Shown one piece after another: positions 37,942 through 51,045 of a DNA stretch of 64,000 bases (positions within the stretch are counted from its first letter, which is position 1; each line of letters opens with the position of its first letter). Made by a program: the position numbers and the translations under genes. This DNA comes from Selaginella moellendorffii. Taxonomy: Eukaryota; Plantae; Lycopodiophyta. The stretch is taken from positions 29,296-93,295 of the forward strand of contig NW_003314385.1 of the NCBI RefSeq assembly GCF_000143415.4, in the 5' to 3' direction. The notes under the pieces were generated by a model. The model was not told the origin of the DNA. It did no database searches and saw only the letters and a list, made by a program, of their open reading frames with translations.

Positions 37942-38270
37942 TTGTGCTAGCAATTGGTAGGTTAGCAAGCAAGTCCAATTGATGAACCAAACTTGTCTAG
38001 ACATGATTGCTTAGCAGCATAACTAAGTAACCAAACTGTTAGTTGACTAGGCAAAACTAGATTTAATGATGAACCAAACTTGCTCAAACATGGTTGGTTG
38101 GTTGGCTGAAATGACTGACCAAATGGACTAGGTTGCCTTAATGAGTTAGACTAGGCTGGACTAGGGTAGTTGACCTTGCTGGACTTGCTAGTTAACCATT
38201 GATTGCAAGGGTTGGCACTAGTAGGAAAATCTGATTCATTGACAAACCAAATTTGCTAAAACATGGTTGA

Positions 38271-38462
38271 TATAAGCTCTTAAGTTTGGACTTCCTAAAA
38301 AGTCACTTTGCTTAGTACTATTCAAACCTAAAAACACTTAACCTTAAATATCTTAAATCCTTAACCGATTGGAAAAGAGGATGCACTTTTATTCATGGGC
38401 CTTTTCCTTTTATATTAAACTTCATAAATCATATTTCAAATCATTCTTTTTAGTTGTTTACA
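38271..38462 (-). mobile_element. Degenerate solo LTR of the Cassandra-like TRIM
   Basis: Reverse complement of the 193-bp TRIM LTR. Confidence 0.7.
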
Positions 38463-39631
38463 ACTGACTATTTGGCATGAGTGACTAGTTAAATTGAGGT
38501 GGATAACTAGGTTAAACCAATTGGTTGATTGGGTTGGACAAACTGACTGACTAGGTTGGCTGCTAGTGAGCTGGTGGCAAGTCTAGTTTACTAGCAAACT
38601 TGACTTGCCCAAACATGTCTATCTAGTTGGTGTTACTAACCAAGTAAACTGGGGTTGTTGACCAGGTTTGACTGGGCTAGGCTGCAGTGGAATGGTGGGC
38701 AAGTTTGGTTTGTTGGCAAACCAAACTTACCCAGATATGGTTGGCTAGCTTAAACCTTAAAATAAGCTAGACCCATAATGTGAAAGGAGAAGGAAGAAGC
38801 AAGTAAAGAAAAAAATGGAACTTTGGAGGAAAATTAAGAAAAAAAGATACTTAATTTTGGTGGAATTGTGGTTCACTTAATTATTAATGGCGATAGTGAT
38901 GGTGTGAACTAGGGCACAAGCATGGTGTTGCAATGCTACAAGTGTGATGGCACAATAGCACTATGGCATATTGGCACAATTGATCTAGCTTCCACACCAA
39001 TCAAGGCAACAAATCTTTTATTTATTGTTAACAAATTTATTTATCAATGTGAGAGCTAGTGAATCTATGACAATAATAATAGAATTAATCTTGGCATGGA
39101 ATCTTGACAAGGATTTGGCTAGTTTCATATCATCCCTGTACTCATTCTAAGTTGGTGTTGCATAAAGGTACTATTTCCTTCATCAATATAGAGGCATATG
39201 TGCTTTGGCACTTGGAGCTTCATATTTCAAACTCACCAAGCCCCTAAAAAATGCCCCAAACTTCAGCGGTGAAAATAGATGTTTAACTAGTGAGGAGTGG
39301 TTCCATGTTTACATTTGGGAGGTCCTGATAGATATGAAGGCATTTTTTGAGGCTACACAGAGTTGTGCATGTTTCATTGCTTCACAACAAGCATAAAGTT
39401 CCTCAGTGCTGGGTAATAAGTATCCAGGTCTTCCATTATAAGTATGGCTAGATATTGTGAGTAACAGATGCAAAGCTATGACTTCCCAATGTGGCAACTT
39501 ACTCTTTTAGCATAGAGGTTGAGGACCACTACCATGATGCAAAGACAAGCTCTAGTACATAGTAGAGCATTCATCTTTTTTCAAGAAGCGGTGAGGTTTA
39601 GGCATGATATAGTATATAAAGCAAACTTTAT

Positions 39632-40210
39632 TGTAAGCAACCAAAGAGAATGACTTGAGAGACAGTCCATAAGATTCAAATATAGAGGGAAAGGGCCCAT
39701 GAATAAGAGTGCACCCCCTTTTCTAATTAGTTAAGGGTATTAGGATGTTTGGGGTTAAGTGTCCTTGGGTTTGAATAATATTAGGCTGGGTGACTTCCCA
39801 AGAAGTTCAAACTCAAGAGTTTACATTTGGTATCGAAGCAGGTTTTAGGTCCGACTCTGTTGGTTGGCTAGGGGAATCACACCACATGTTGATTGACATT
39901 TGGCTGGTCCAGTTTGCACCCGAGGGGTAGGGTGTCAAGAGAGTGGGGCTCTCGGGAGAGTTATGGCTCTCAGCTTCCATTCACGAGGGTGTGAACTTAC
40001 AAGGAAGTATGATGGATTGTAAGCAACCAAAGAGAATGACTTGAGAGATAGTCAATGGGGTTCAAATATAGAGGGAAAGGGCTCATGAATAAGAGTGCAC
40101 TCTTTTTTCCAATCGGTTAAGGTTCTTGGGATACTTGGGGTTAAGTGTCTTTGGTTTGAATAGTATTGGGTTGGGTGACCTTCTAAGAAGTCCAAACTCA
40201 AGAGCTTACA
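39632..40210 (+). mobile_element. Complete Cassandra-like TRIM (579 bp)
   Basis: LTRs 39632-39825 and 40018-40210. TSD TTTAT on both sides. tRNA-Met PBS. 5S A/C-box-like block in the LTRs. No ORF. Confidence 0.88.
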
Positions 40211-42762
40211 TTTATGTGGCAATAGTTTTCCAGTGATTTATGTGCTAATAATTTTGTGTGATTTACATATAGTGCATTATTATATCAATTATAACTATGA
40301 TTTGTACTACATATTGTCACAACCTATCCAAGACAACAAGTAACATCCTACATACTTTTATTTATTATGTGGGCAATCTAGGGAATCTAACAATATAAGT
40401 AAACATATAGAAAGGTTGTCACTTGTGACACTTGTCCACCCTAAGTGTGAGTGCATGATAAAGCAAAATATTCTCTAGTTTAAATTACAGCCTTCCATAT
40501 TGCTTTAGAATGCTTTATTCCAGAGGTGTAGTAGCTCATATAAATTTAAGGAAATCTCTTAGAACACAATTGTGTTTCTTTTGTGAATATAGGCTTTTGG
40601 TAAACTTTATGGTTGTTTAGGGTCATAATATCTTTATCAGTAAGGGGTATACTATATTGCAATAGCATGTATAAAATGTTGGGGCAAACATGCTCATCAC
40701 CTTAACTTGCATTTGTTGGGTTGGAATAATCTTTCCAAACCATATGTAATCCAATATCCATGTTTTTTTTTATAGTGTAGACTATATACAAATTCCATGC
40801 ACTTTTATGTTCTTCAAGCCACTATAGGAAATCAGCATAAAGGACTATGAATATGCCAAGTATCCTTTATATCAATTAAGTGATACCACTCTATAGTTAG
40901 CATTATACTTTTGAAGTACCAGGCCACTTTGCATTATATCTCTTTTAAAACATGTTCGATGTGGTACAAAGTTACTATTATTATTACATAATACACTATA
41001 AATATTTTAACCTAGTTATAAACTAATGAACCATGTATAAACACTCTCTAACAACCCTCTCATACATTTATCAAGTCCATCTGAATTTTATTATACTCCC
41101 CCATCCAATCACCCCATATGCATTTCAATCACCCATAATATACAATTGCCATGCCATAGTATTCATAAATACTTAATCTGCTTTTGTTTGTTGATACAAG
41201 CATGATTGTGACATAGTGGGTCTCTATAAAAACAAAACAATATCAAAGGAATTATTTGTATGCTATAAAAAAATTAAAAAAATTACTGATATCAATAATT
41301 CTATATAAAGAGATGGCCCAAGGTTCTAACTTGTAGTGCTTAGGCATTGTGGTGGCCAACAATCCCCCCATCTAGCCACTACGGTTCTTTGTAACAGAGT
41401 TGTTCCCAACTAGTTTCAGTGATAGGACAGCCACCAAATTACTGGTTGAGTTTAGAACCTTGTTAATAGTGGCTATCTCATGACAGAGGAGGGTGCTAGG
41501 ATATGAATTCAATGTAGTGTAGGAAATTTACTATCAATACACTAGAGCTTTATAAGCAACTCCACATTGAAAAGCCTATGGGGAATTAGCTCTAGGCACC
41601 TTTGCAAAACACACTTTGGGCAAGTATTACCAAAAATGATAGATAATAATCACTGTAAAGCAATTGAACCCATAGTACATATCATTCTCAATTTGTCCAT
41701 ATCATTATGTTCTTGAATTGTAGAAGAATCTGCAAAAGAAGCACTTCAACCTTGACAAGAGTTTTCATTGAGTACACAACCTATGTTCTTAAGATAAGGT
41801 GCAATGTGGAGCAATCCACACCAATAGATTCAGTGAGATCCTTTATTTTGTAACCTCCAATCAATATAGCATTTACCCACCTTTGCTGACAAACTACTCT
41901 TTCATATAGTGAATGGGGGATCAATTTTGCAATGAAAGAGCTTGTTTTATGCACTGTTAATTACCAACAGTTTGACATAGTCCTATAGGAAGTGTGGAAA
42001 AGCCGCTAGAGTGTAAAATCATTGCCATGGTTCTCATTTACAATTCTATGCATGGCTAGTGTTGATTAAAAGCATTGCTTACACCATAAAAAACACATTG
42101 ACAATAAACTCCTATATAATGCTGCCAAAAAATCTAAACCCTATACATAATGGTGACATGTAAAATAGCTCTTGGTATGAAAAGTATGCCCATGCCCAAA
42201 AAGATAGTTTTAAAGTTTTACAAAAACAATTATTCATTCATGTGTTTTTGTTGTGAATATGACTTTAGGTATTGAAAATTACCTGTCAGCTAGTCATTTC
42301 AGATATTTTTTCCTTATTACTATGATGGCAGGAGGTCGGTATTGTTAAACTTTTTATTAGTCCCTCTTGTGCTAGTGGAGTAAATTGGGCATTTTGAGTG
42401 TACTTAGACCAGACAAGCATAAGGACGGAATTCCTACATGCTATTAACTAGGCTACTTAGCCTAGTAAGGAGTTCAATATTGCTGGATAATAGCTTACCG
42501 TGTCTGCCAAACACTCTCACTATCATACCTTTGTGTTAGTCTCATTCCAGTTCTAAATGCTAATTGTGGAAAGTGTCTAGATTTGCTCATTTGGCATATC
42601 TACTAAATGTAAAAATTGTCTTGAACACAATGGTATTCGTCCCGTGTCCAAATTCACAATTTAGGAACATACTATATTTAGTAAATTTCAAGCTTGTCCC
42701 AGAGACTAACTCCTGGTACTAAGGGAGGCTTGGGGTGAAAGCCCAAAGCCTGTGTTACCAAG

Positions 42763-43051
42763 CTCAAAAAAGGTCCCATGTGCAAAACCATACTTGGTAG
42801 ATAATGTTAAGTCTTAGTGGAGAACAACAGAGGCCAACGAAGGACCGGTGACTACTTGGGAAATGATGAAGGTGAGGATTCATATGACCTATGTTCCACT
42901 GAATACTACTTTACATCTAAGGAATGAGCTGAGTAGGCTAAGTAGTAAGTGGGAACCATTCAAGAGTATGTGAATGCATTCATGGCAAAGAGGATCCTTG
43001 TCACGGACATGGGTGATATAGAGGCATTCCATACGTTCATATCAAGCTTAC
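42763..43051 (+). pseudogene. Old chromovirus gag fragment, part 1
   Basis: Homologous to ~19128-19414. Interrupted by the LARD. Confidence 0.85.
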
Positions 43052-43593
43052 TGTGAGACACAAAATCCCTAGGCCCCAAAGTGGAGCCAGAAGGGCACCA
43101 CATGGTAGTGGCCGAAGCGAGAGCCAAACGAGCGTAACACGTTTGGACCAAAAGCTCCGACTTGAAAAGTCAAGAGCGGGAGTGGAACTCCCAACGAAGT
43201 GCTCGAGGAATGAGCATGAAGCGAGCAAAAGGCGAGGCTCCAAAAAGGGACCCAAAAGGACCAACACATGACACGTGGGAGTGTCCGAGATGGACTCAAG
43301 TTGGAGTCCGAAGTGGAGTCCGAGATGGACCCGAGTTGGAGTCTGAAGTGGAGTCCGAGATGGACCCGAGTTGGAGTCCGAAGTGGAGTCCGAGATGGAC
43401 CCGAGTTGGAGTCCGAAGTAGAGTCCGAGATGGACCCGAGATGGAGTCCGAGATGGAGTCCGAAGTGGAGTCCGAGGTGGACCCGAGTTGGAGTCCGAAG
43501 TGGAGTCCGAGATGGACCCGAGATGGAGTCCGAGATGGAGTCCGAGATGGAGTCCGAGATGGAGTCCGAAGTCGAGACCGAGACCGAGACCGG

Positions 43594-43631
<38 letters not shown>

Positions 43632-46600
43632 TCGGGACCGAGACCGAGACCGAGCCCGAGGCCGAGACCGAGCCCGAGCCCGAGTCCGAGTCCGAATCCG
43701 AGTCCGAGTCCGAGTCCGAGTCCGAGTCCGAGTCCGAGTCCGAGTCTGGAGCCTGAGAGGGTGAAAGCCCAAAGCGTTCGTCTCCCAGACCCTGGGGGGT
43801 TTGGTGAGCTCCAAAAGTATAGTAGGGGGGAGGACTGCAGTGGAGCCAGTTTGGCCAGGAAAGGCCAGTTTGGCCCAGGAAGGCCGGACCCAGTGTTGGG
43901 TGATGAGCTGCCCACTGGGAAGTCCAAGACTAGAGTGAACACAGACCGACAAGCGGGGTAGCTTGGTGAAGTGTTCAAGAGCCGGCTCTAGTTCCCCCGG
44001 GAGATCGACTGCCCGATGCTCCCAGTCCAAGTGTGGGTGGCACTACCTACTTGGATACCTGGTGTGGCTCAACGGAACCCGCTCTAAGCCCATGGCTAGA
44101 GCACCCAAGGGCAGAAGGCGAGGAGAGTACCCAGGTGGCTCGCGTAAGGCCACGGTGTTCCGAAATGTTGTCCCAAAGGCCCAGACTGTGGAAAGGAAGA
44201 GGAGCAGTCCCCTGGGGTAGTGACCAAGGACACAGTCGTGTGGTGGGGAAGTCCCAGAGGACCGTGGGACTTAGTGGTCGGGCCTGTGGGTCTCGATCCA
44301 GTGGCAGTGTTGGCAAACACGGCCAGGGGCAGAAAGGGACTTAGTGGGGACTGACAGAGGGATATTGGGGAAGGCTATTCCCCTTGTCGGTGGGCATCCT
44401 AAGGATGCTAAGGAGTGGAGCTGAGATGACCACTCATGGATGGTTTGCCTAGTCTTGGAGAGCCAAGACGGTGATGCAAGTGGTATTGGACTACCAGTGT
44501 GGCAAAGGTGATTGGGCATGGCCTTAGCGTAACAGGCTGCTATGTCGGTGGTACCTTTGAGTGTCGGTCATGGGATCGGACACGTGGAGCACTTGGACCA
44601 AGTGCAAATGTTGAGTGGCATGGATGCCATTCTCGGGGCTAGCAAGTCCCAAGTCCTGGATTGGACTTATGGAGGTTGTGAATGAGACTCCTCCAAGTGG
44701 TCAGAGGTGTGGTTAAGTGACTAAAGTAGAATGGAAAATTTAGTCCTTTACAACTTGGTATCGGAGCTGTTCCTTAGTCCGACTTTTATTGGTGCTCAAG
44801 TATATCACCACTGGTGTTGGCAACGGAAGGTCCGAGAAGTGGGCCTATCCTTGAGGAGTAGCAGGTCGGGAAGACATGGCTCACCATTACAGTTCATGTG
44901 TGAACTTGTAGACAAGGTGGTGGATAGAAAAGGGGCCAATAATGGAACGACTTTGGGATCTTGGGAACAGTGCAAGGTTTTCCTCATTGAGTTGAGGAGG
45001 TGATCCAGATGAGTGTTTGACTCAGCAAACGGGCCAATGTAGTTGTGGTAAACAACTAAAGTTGGGATCACAGGAAAGATAAAGACTCCAAAGCAATAAA
45101 GGAGTCACAAGATTATCCTCATATAGCTGAGGTTGGTGCTCATGAATGTGAGACCAAAAGTAATGACCGTGGGAGGTCAAATACGGAAGAGGACTCAAGT
45201 CCTTGAAATGGTAGCCGGGGCTAACTTTAATAAATGTTGGAACAACCCAAGGAGTTGGGGGGTGTACTTAGAGATGAGTTGGTATTCTCATCACATGGAC
45301 AAGTAGTCCTAAGGGGCAAAGGTTGCCCCAGAGAACAAAAACAAGTGTCAGAGTAACACTTGTGAAAATAGTCCTTCTAAGTAGGACAAGAATGCAGGAA
45401 GTGTATTCCAGTGAGCTAGTGCCTCACAAGTGGGACCTTACGGGTCTGTGGATGAACCAAGTCCAAAACTGCTGGATGACTCAAGTAAAGTCAAGGAAAG
45501 GTCCTAAAAGGACTGATTGAAGCATTTGGACTGAGGTGTGTTGCACCCCATGAAGGATGGGGGGGGGATCATAGGATCCAAGGATGAGAACAGAGGGTAT
45601 CTCATCGATGGCAAAATGTGCCATACTAAAGTTATGGGAAAGGTGTTCCCAGAAGAAAACAACTTTGACACAAAGTTGTGTGTGACCTCTATGGTTCAGT
45701 GCTAACAGATGGTTGGCATGAGAAAGAGCGGTGTTGGTCTTGGCAAAGACTTAAACACGAAAGGGAAGAGTCATAGAGGTAGGCTCGTGGAGCCGATGGT
45801 GTGGAGACACCAAATGTGCCAAGGTGTGATACCTTGAGGCTATGTTGGTGGGTTCATGAGAACCCCTTGCCAAAGGAATCCCAATGGAAATGGGAATGGC
45901 ATAGCCTAAGCTGCAAAGCATGCAGTTGGAGTGTGGTGACCCAGATAATGATGGAGGTGTGAAAGCACCAAGCAATGAGTAGTAGGACTTGACAAATATG
46001 AGGCAACTAAGCAAGAGGTGCAAAATAACTGGTTAAACGGGTAGAAGGTAGCTACCCAAGACTTCTAACATAGGGAAGTCGGATATACCCTTACGGGGGA
46101 TAAGTTGCTTATGTTGCGATATAGTAAGTCAATGTCATAAAAGGAAATACTCATTGTCAAAACGCCATCATTGGGACACCCGAACACTCTAGAACACTAG
46201 GAGGTGGTGTTTAATGTCGCGAGGGCAATGGATAAAGCCCAAGGGACTAAGTCCCTAGCGAATGATGGATAGAAGGTGCTATCCAAATGTCCAAGGTTGC
46301 GGAGACAGGAGAGGACTGTCTACCCGAGTTGGACAAAGCCAAAAATGGAATTTTGGCAAGGCTAGTGATGGGCATGTAAAGGCCCATAAGCAACAATGTA
46401 ATCCCAGTGTGTGGGATTATAAGGTGAGCATACCCGGATTGAGGAACCACTCCCTAGGCTATTGGGTAGGTTCATCCCTAAGAATACTTGCTAAAGCATG
46501 ATAGAAAGTGCAAAGCTATCCTCCTTGTCTGGAGGAGAATGACCAAAGGAAAGAAGTGAAGCCAAAAAGCAAGAAGTAAGGGGATAGAACCGAACCGTAG

Positions 46601-49398
46601 GAATCAAAGGGCATAACTAAGGTTGGTTATGCCAGCTGGGAGTGGAGAATCAAGTGGGGGCTCGAGGGTGTTGCTGCTAGCAACCGTGATGCCATGGAGA
46701 GTCTAAAATATGGAATTGTCCATGTTAGACTATATGGCATTTGGAAGGCTTGCAAAAAGGGAGGCCTTAGCAAGCTGAGGGATAGAGTTCCTTCAAGGTT
46801 CCCAAAGATGATTCTAGGTAGTTTAGTACCTAGAAAGGCCAAGTGTAAATGGTTCATGGAACGCGCGAAATTAGAGTGGCGCAGCAGAAGCGTGGCCTTG
46901 AAGCTTGCCATGAGGCAAGGCTATCAAGGTTAGGGAAGTAGTTCCCGAGTGTTCAAAGAGAGGGCTTTGAACGAAAGTCGATGATCAAGGACTTTCACGC
47001 TTATGCAGGAACCATGTTACAGTGGTCAAAGGACTTGCCAAGCGAGATTGGCACGTCGGGGGAACAAATACCCTAGTTGAAGGTGATAACTTCAAAAAGG
47101 GTGGGCCATGGGGCCGAGCATGGAGGAGTCCATGCATGATCACAGACATGTCAAGTGAGAGGACTTGGCAGTGTGGAGGAACTAGGTTCCTAAGTTGTGA
47201 TCTGTAGCGCGCTTTAAAAATAAGGTGGTGCACCGGCGTGGGGAGTCACGCCAGGCATCTTGTGTGATGCCGTCCGTAGATGCATATACGGAGGTTGGGT
47301 TCAAGTCCTGACCCTCTAGTGCTTGGGTTCGAGTCCCAAATCACTAGGGCGTGGTGATGGTTTGGAATATGAGGACACTCATATTTCGGTGGTCATGGAC
47401 TCTCAGTGGGGAGACTGGTTTGGGCACACCGCCAAGCGAGGGATGCCTCGGAGTCGTGATGCACGGTTAGATTGCTTAGTGTGAAAGCTCGGCATATCTA
47501 ACTTGAACACTTTGGTGCGAGTGGCACCAAGGACGTGGTGAGTGAGATGGGGACACCTAATCTCAGTTGCTATGGACCCTTGGCCGGAAGGGCTGGCTTG
47601 GGCGCACCGCCAAGTGTGGGGGATGCCCCCGGGGTCGTAGTTAACAAATTAAAGGTCTGGAAGACCTAGTACCTATTGGCAAACCTGTTAAGGTGCCGAG
47701 GTGAGATCACTAGGTGATCTTGTGGCTAAATAAGGACAAGGTTCTTGTTTGGGTTAAGGAATAAGGTTCCTAGTTCAAAGTGTTGATTTGAACTATTGAT
47801 GATGGTGTGGCTTGGTCAAGGTGACCAAGGGGGAAAAGCACCCTAGGGAAATGAGCTATGTCATTGCGATGGCATAGTGTGTCCAAGGAAAGTAGTCTCT
47901 AAAGAGACCCATGGGAGGGTCACAAGTTGGGCCGTGGATAGAGCCCACAGCAGAAGGTGCTAAAGAGACTTGCTAGGGGTGAACACCCTAGTCTTGGCAA
48001 AGCAAAGCCTTTGCTATGGAATCAAAGGAATACCTCAAGGAGGGAGGTAGACATTCGGTGTTGCTGAGTGCAACCATCAACGGATAGGAGCAAAAGAGGA
48101 GTGGCCAGGATAGGGCCGTGGAATCCCTTGGAAGGAATCCAAGTGGCAAAGTTAGGCGAGGAACACTAATGTGTTGGACGCTAACAAATTGCGGGAAAGG
48201 AAGTGTGTTTCCAAGGATGGATTCCGAATTGCTCCGATTTGGCGAAAGTGGAAGCTCCAAGGGAGGGAGCGGTAAGGTAGCCAAATGATAGGGCGATGGA
48301 CAACCCTAGCACAAAGTGTGATAAATGGAACTTAGTGCCCAAGGTGGCACGAAATAGAAAAGAGGATGATGGTGCCCTCAAGTAATGAACTTCCTAGGAT
48401 AGGGAAGTGGAGTTGCACAATCTGTGCAAGGCAAGGTGTTGGAGACACCTAGGAAATTGACTTCCAAAAGTCAAAAGAGTAAAAGTTCCAAGGTGCAAAT
48501 ATTCAATAGATGGAAATTGAGACTACTCGAGAAGGAGTAGTGGGATTGACTTAGAGAAGGGTCTCTAAGAGGTTTAGCGAGAACTAAACCAATAAAAGGA
48601 GAGAACCACTACATGTGGTTCAATCAGTCTCTAAGTTGGAGAGACTACCCTCCTTAGAGGATAGGCAAGGCATGGTGAGCCTTTGGTGGCAAACCATTGA
48701 GGCATATGCAAAAGGCATGGTGAGCCTTCAATGTCAAACCATTGACAAATATTGGCTAGGTGTCAAAGATGGAAATGGTAACACATGCGAGTGTTACTTT
48801 ACAAAATGGTTTACCGTTCGATGAGGACATCGAACTTCGTCTATGGGTGGTGGAGTTGTGAGACACAAAATCCCTAGGCCCCAAAGTGGAGCCAGAAGGG
48901 CACCACATGGTAGTGGCCGAAGCGAGAGCCAAACGAGCGTAACACGTTTGGACCAAAAGCTCCGACTTGAAAAGTCAAGAGCGGGAGTGGAACTCCCAAC
49001 GAAGTGCTCGAGGAACGAGCATGAAGCGAGCAAAAGGCGAGGCTCCAAAAAGGGACCCAAAAGGACCAACACATGACACGTGGGAGTGTCCGAGATGGAC
49101 TCAAGTTGGAGTCCGAAGTGGAGTCCGAGATGGACCCGAGTTGGAGTCTGAAGTGGAGTCCGAGATGGACCCGAGTTGGAGTCCGAAGTGGAGTCCGAGA
49201 TGGACCCGAGTTGGAGTCCGAAGTAGAGTCCGAGATGGACCCGAGATGGAGTCCGAGATGGAGTCCGAAGTGGAGTCCGAGGTGGACCCGAGTTGGAGTC
49301 CGAAGTGGAGTCCGAAATGGACCCGAGATGGAGTCCGAGATGGAGTCCGAGATGGAGTCCGAGATGGAGTCCGAAGTCGAGACCGAGACCGAGACCGG

Positions 49399-49436
<38 letters not shown>

Positions 49437-50587
49437 TCGGGACCGAGACCGAGACCGAGACCGAGATCGGGACCGAGACCGAGACCGAGGCCGAGGCCGA
49501 GACCGAGCCCGAGCCCGAGTCCGAGTCTGAATCCGAGTCCGAGTCCGAGTCCGAGTCCGAGTCCGAGTCCGAGTCCGAGTCTGGAGCCTGAGAGGGTGAA
49601 AGCCCAAAGCGTTCGTCTCCGAGACCCTGGGGGGTTTGGTGAGCTCCAAAAGTATAGTAGGGGGGAGGACTGCAGTGGAGCCAGTTTGGCCAGGAAAGGC
49701 CAGTTTGGCCCAGGAAGGCCGGACCCAGTGTTGGGTGATGAGCTGCCCACTGGGAAGTCCAAGACTAGAGTGAACACAGACCGACAAGCGGGGTAGCTTG
49801 GTGAAGTGTTCAAGAGCCGGCTCTAGTTCCCCCGGGAGATCGACTGGCCGATGCTCCCAGTCCAAGTGTGGGTGGCACTACCTACTTGGATACCTGGTGT
49901 GGCTCAACGGAACCCGCTCTAAGCCCATGGCTAGAGCACCCAAGGGCAGAAGGCGAGGAGAGTACCCAGGTGGCTCGCGTAAGGCCACGGTGTTCCAAAA
50001 TGTTGTCCCAAAGGCCCAGACTGTGGAAAGGAAGAGGAGCAGTCCCCTGGGGTAGTGACCAAGGACACAGTCGTGTGGTGGGGAAGTCCCAGAGGACCGT
50101 GGGACTTAGTGGTCGGGCCTGTGGGTCTCGATCCAGTGGCAGTGTTGGCAAACACGGCCAGGGGCAGAAAGGGACTTAGTGGGGACTGACAGAGGGATAT
50201 TGGGGAAGGCTATTCCCCTTGTCGGTGGGCATCCTAAGGATGCTAAGGAGTGGAGCTGAGATGACCACTCATGGATGGTTTGCCTAGTCTTGGAGAGCCA
50301 AGACGGTGATGCAAGTGGTATTGGACTACCAGTGTGGCAAAGGTGATTGGGCATGGCCTTAGCGTAACAGGCTGCTATGTCGGTGGTACCTTTGAGTGTC
50401 GGTCATGGGATCGGACACGTGGAGCACTTGGACCAAGTGCAAATGTTGAGTGGCATGGATGCCATTCTCGGGGCTAGCAAGTCCCAAGTCCTGGATTGGA
50501 CTTATGGAGGTTGTGAATGAGACTCCTCCAAGTGGTCAGAGGTGTGGTTAAGTGACTAAAGTAGAATGGAAAATTTAGTCCCTTACA
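43052..50587 (+). mobile_element. LARD (large non-autonomous LTR element), young insertion
   Basis: Near-identical LTRs 43052-44752 and 48857-50587. TSD CTTAC. PBS TGGTATCGGAGC at 44756-44767. PPT CTATGGGTGGTGGAGT. 4.1-kb interior with no retroelement ORF. Confidence 0.92.
43285..43748 (+). repeat. Hexamer-based tandem repeat (GAGTCC/GAGACC/GAGATG) in the LARD LTR; counterpart at 49090-49583, related tracts at 17520-17790, 23900-24175 and 31585-31790
   Basis: Directly visible periodic sequence. Confidence 0.9.
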
Positions 50588-51045
50588 CTTACAGACTTGG
50601 GCTCGAGACGAGGTGATGCATTGGAACCCAACTAACTACAAAGAAGCATTGGATGCTGCTATTAAGGTGTATTTCAATTATAACTTATGAAAGGGTAACA
50701 CAACAGAGTCAGGGTCCACATTTAACAAAGGGGCCAAACTAAGGGGGATATATAGCAAAGGGAAATTCAAGAAGAGTTTCTCTAAGAATAAGTCCTTAGG
50801 GTTCTGGAAAAGCAGATTTGGTGGTCAGCGAGCAAATACGTGGGGGAGTCAAGTGAAAATGGACAAACCCACGAATGGTCAAGTCCACTAGTAGCATGGG
50901 AAACAATATATGCTTCAACTGCGGTGAAGTGAGACACTTTTTAATAGAATGTCCTTACCCGAAGAAAGCCAAAGTCAATATGGCCATTAAGTCAAATCTA
51001 AATTGAGGTACGTGATCCAGTCCCTAGCTCAAAGTTACTCATTAC
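50588..51045 (+). pseudogene. Old chromovirus gag fragment, part 2
   Basis: Continues the homology to ~19415-19880 (WNPTNYKEALDAAIKV, Zn knuckle). Confidence 0.85.

Noticed and set aside
38800-42690. AT-rich tract that may be a decayed transposase gene
   Set aside because: No ORF or motif I could assign; needs a frameshift-tolerant search.
43746-43790. Possible hammerhead ribozyme (CTGAGA-stem-AAA...GTC), i.e. a retrozyme
   Set aside because: Core lacks the CUGANGA spacing and the GAAA after stem II, and the CTGA part is absent from the other LTR families.
43037-44030. Long SR/RD/GL-rich ORFs on both strands (also 48794-49865 and 17486-17800)
   Set aside because: Artefacts of stop-free hexamer repeats inside LTRs.
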